From Podarcis vaucheri (Eukaryota), in NCBI GenBank assembly GCA_965113315.1, contig OZ220368.1: DNA of 64,000 bases. One strand, 5' to 3'. How positions within the stretch are numbered: position 1 is the first letter of the stretch; every line of letters starts with the position of its first letter. The translations under genes were made by a program, and so were the position numbers. The notes under the pieces are model-generated. The model did no database searches. It worked only from the letters and a program-made list of their open reading frames with translations, and was not told the DNA's origin. Positions 61,301-64,000 of this stretch are shown here, one piece after another.

Positions 61301-64000
61301 ATGACTGTGGCTGTATACAATGTTACCCACACCCCAATCTCCGAAGGTCGAGAGACTTATGGAGTACGAGCACATATCCTGTGTTTGGTTTCCTTGAATG
61401 AAACTGGTCTCATGCCTGAAGAGGAAAAGCCTGTCCTTTTTTTTTTGGAAGCACCACTAGCTAGTCATTTCTCTAGCAACACATCTGGTCAACCTTTTAG
61501 CCATGCAAAAGATGCTTAACAAACTTGGCCAGAGTTTTGCCATTTCAGCAGTTCCTTCTACTACAGAATTTTATCTTACAAATTAAGCCACAGGCATGGA
61601 TGAAATGGTTAGAAAAACACTGGGGCCTAATTTGAATAGTAGAATGTCTGGCATCTGGTGGGCGGGGCTTTTGTGTTCTGCTCCAGAATCAGCCCCTCCC
61701 TTCAAGTGTTCAGTTAAGTTCAATTAGAGAGTCCAACTGTCATTCTTGCTTCTTGCCTCATGATGTTGTTTTCTCTCAGTTTCTCTCAGACAGTTTGTTA
61801 TTGTGTTATAATTTTCTTTATTATTGAAGCTTTGTTTGACATACACATGAGCCACTTACTTTGCTGAAAGAAAAGAAACTCCACTGAAGAATGGTGGTAA
61901 GTGAGAGCATATTCCTAGTTTGACAGGAAGATTTATTTTTTTAATCACCCCACCCTCCATAACAGAAACCCATGGATGATATCCAGACTAACTGCCCAGG
62001 CTTATAAAACTTTTTTATTCCCAAGCCTCCCAGGCAGTAGGAAAAAGAAACTCAAAGAATTCACATTTGTATATCTGAAAGCTGCAAATGTTTTGGATTG
62101 GTTTTACATGCATCGTTCAGATTTAAAACTGTATTCCAAGGACTGGACTTGATTTTTACTTCATAAAACATTTTAACTGTTGGTTTTTAATTTTGTATTG
62201 TGGTATAATAAAAAAAGAATTCCATGGATGTCTAGATCATAAAATCATAAAACGTGCAGCAAATTAAAGTGTGGAAATATAGGCTGTAGACCTTTAAAAC
62301 ATCCCCTTCTAAATTGCTTCCAAAGTTTCCCACTTCCCTTAGCATAGAAAGAGACCACATGTTTGGTAATTTACTTATAAGCTTTACTTACAAACTCTTC
62401 AAAAGTCAGATTAATGTGTTTTTCCATACAGCAGCAAGACAGGCAGTTTAACTTATTTTTAAAAAGATAAGAGTTTCTAAATTATTTGTACAGAAACACA
62501 AAGATGGCTTGCTGAAGCCATGCAGTCTAAGCTTGGAGTATCCAGCTCAAGATCACCTTATTGGTAGAGTTCATCTTCTGGAAGTGAGAGAACAAAGAGT
62601 TTGGTAACCCTTCCTCCCAATGTAATGGGCTGTGACCTAGCTAAGCTTCGGAGGACTGGTTATTCTATTGTCTTAACCCCATTCATGATTTAATTAGGTT
62701 AATCATGTTGGTTATACAGGATGAGTCCTTAAAAAGAGGCCTCGTGAATAAAGAGTACACATGTTCCACAAGGCCTCTTTTAAAAGACTCACCCTGTATA
62801 AGGCTGCATATATCCTACAATAACTTTGAATCATATTTTCTTTGCATAAAACATACACTAGGAAACTATCAACGTAGGTGAAATAAATGGCACACATAGC
62901 TTGTGTTTCTAGGATTCTGAATCATCATCAGCAATACTCTGGAAAGCAGCACAGGTGAATGCTCTTCAGGCTTACCTTAGGAGAGACAATAATATCATGC
63001 TTTTTATTCTGTCAGATCAGATGACACATAGGATATTGATGACACTAACAGTTGTAAGGATATGGGAAATGATTTTTTGTCTCTTTCATTTTGCTATGCC
63101 TTCCCCAACACAATCTTATGTTTCTTCTGTTTTCTGTCAGAAAATGATGCTAAGGGGAAAATAGTATTTTATATTTTATTTTCTACATATTATTATTTGC
63201 TGGTTTTCAACCCATTGTTGTTGTTGTGTGTATAAAATCTACTTTGGACTATCAAGAAAAGTTTATGATGGTGGTGAATTTAAAGAAATAAATATTTTTA
63301 AAATGTAAAATGTTCATTTAGACAAAGGCACCTTTTAAAAACAAAGCACGTTATCTAACCTTATCGAAAGGTTATGCACTTTTGTATTTCATCAATTTCA
63401 ATATTAAGAGTTCAACATGTGAGGAAGATACCTGCATGTGATTAATCTCTTCCATTGAAATATGTAGGTTAGGGCCAAACAACACATTCTGCAGGAGATC
63501 TACGGTTGATCTCCTAACTCCTCTGCCCCCAGCTCTCCCTGAAATGCTGTCATGGCAGCCTGTCAATTTGTTCAGAGCAGTGGTAGGCAGGAGGAGGGAA
63601 GAGGTATAATCTCTACCTCCGGAGGTGTTTTTCTGAACAAAATGACATCCCTTCACTACTTTACTTTGTCAACACAGCAAGCTGCTTCCCCTGCAAGTCA
63701 GACAGTACCTTAACCTTGGATGGTTTGGACCCATATTTCCTAAAGGTAAGACTGAGCAGTTAACCTCTCCCCCCCACCGGTAAAACAGTGGTTTCTGTAC
63801 TCTAGGCTGCGGACTTTTGTAGGGATATTGTACCACACCAATGCTGTGTGATTAAGAATAGAGCAACTGATTATAACTGACTTGTGCTGGTGCTAGGCAG
63901 CATCCTATGACATTTGAAAGTATCTCATTAGCAGTTTATGAGCAGAGGGCTGTATGTATCCAGTGTGCCTACATGTGGTGCCATTCAGCAGAGTATCTGA

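Overview
Eukaryotic, non-coding (intronic or intergenic) DNA from a squamate reptile, most likely a lacertid lizard. The taxon is inferred from the transposon content, recognised from memory with no database search: six Sauria SINEs, Bov-B, two CR1 families, L2, L1, MIR-like and Squam3-like SINEs, and many hAT and TcMar MITEs. There is one 156-nt assembly gap. I found no host protein-coding exon, tRNA/rRNA gene or CRISPR array. The only recognisable protein sequence is decayed retrotransposon ORF2; the other six-frame ORFs look spurious. I see no evidence of a new gene system. The most interesting signals are structural. (1) A young Sauria SINE variant differs from the other copies by at least four compensatory base-pair changes, implying a constrained RNA fold. 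(2) A Tc2-like MITE is built from hairpin cassettes, including a perfect 62-bp palindrome. (3) A hAT element keeps promoter-like motifs and splice donors. (4) Two SINEs have different tRNA heads but share one CR1 tail. (5) A MITE contains a captured L2 tail. (6) A candidate 12-nt microexon overlaps a HOX/CDX-type motif cluster in a repeat-poor block. Boundaries of old, degenerate repeats are approximate.
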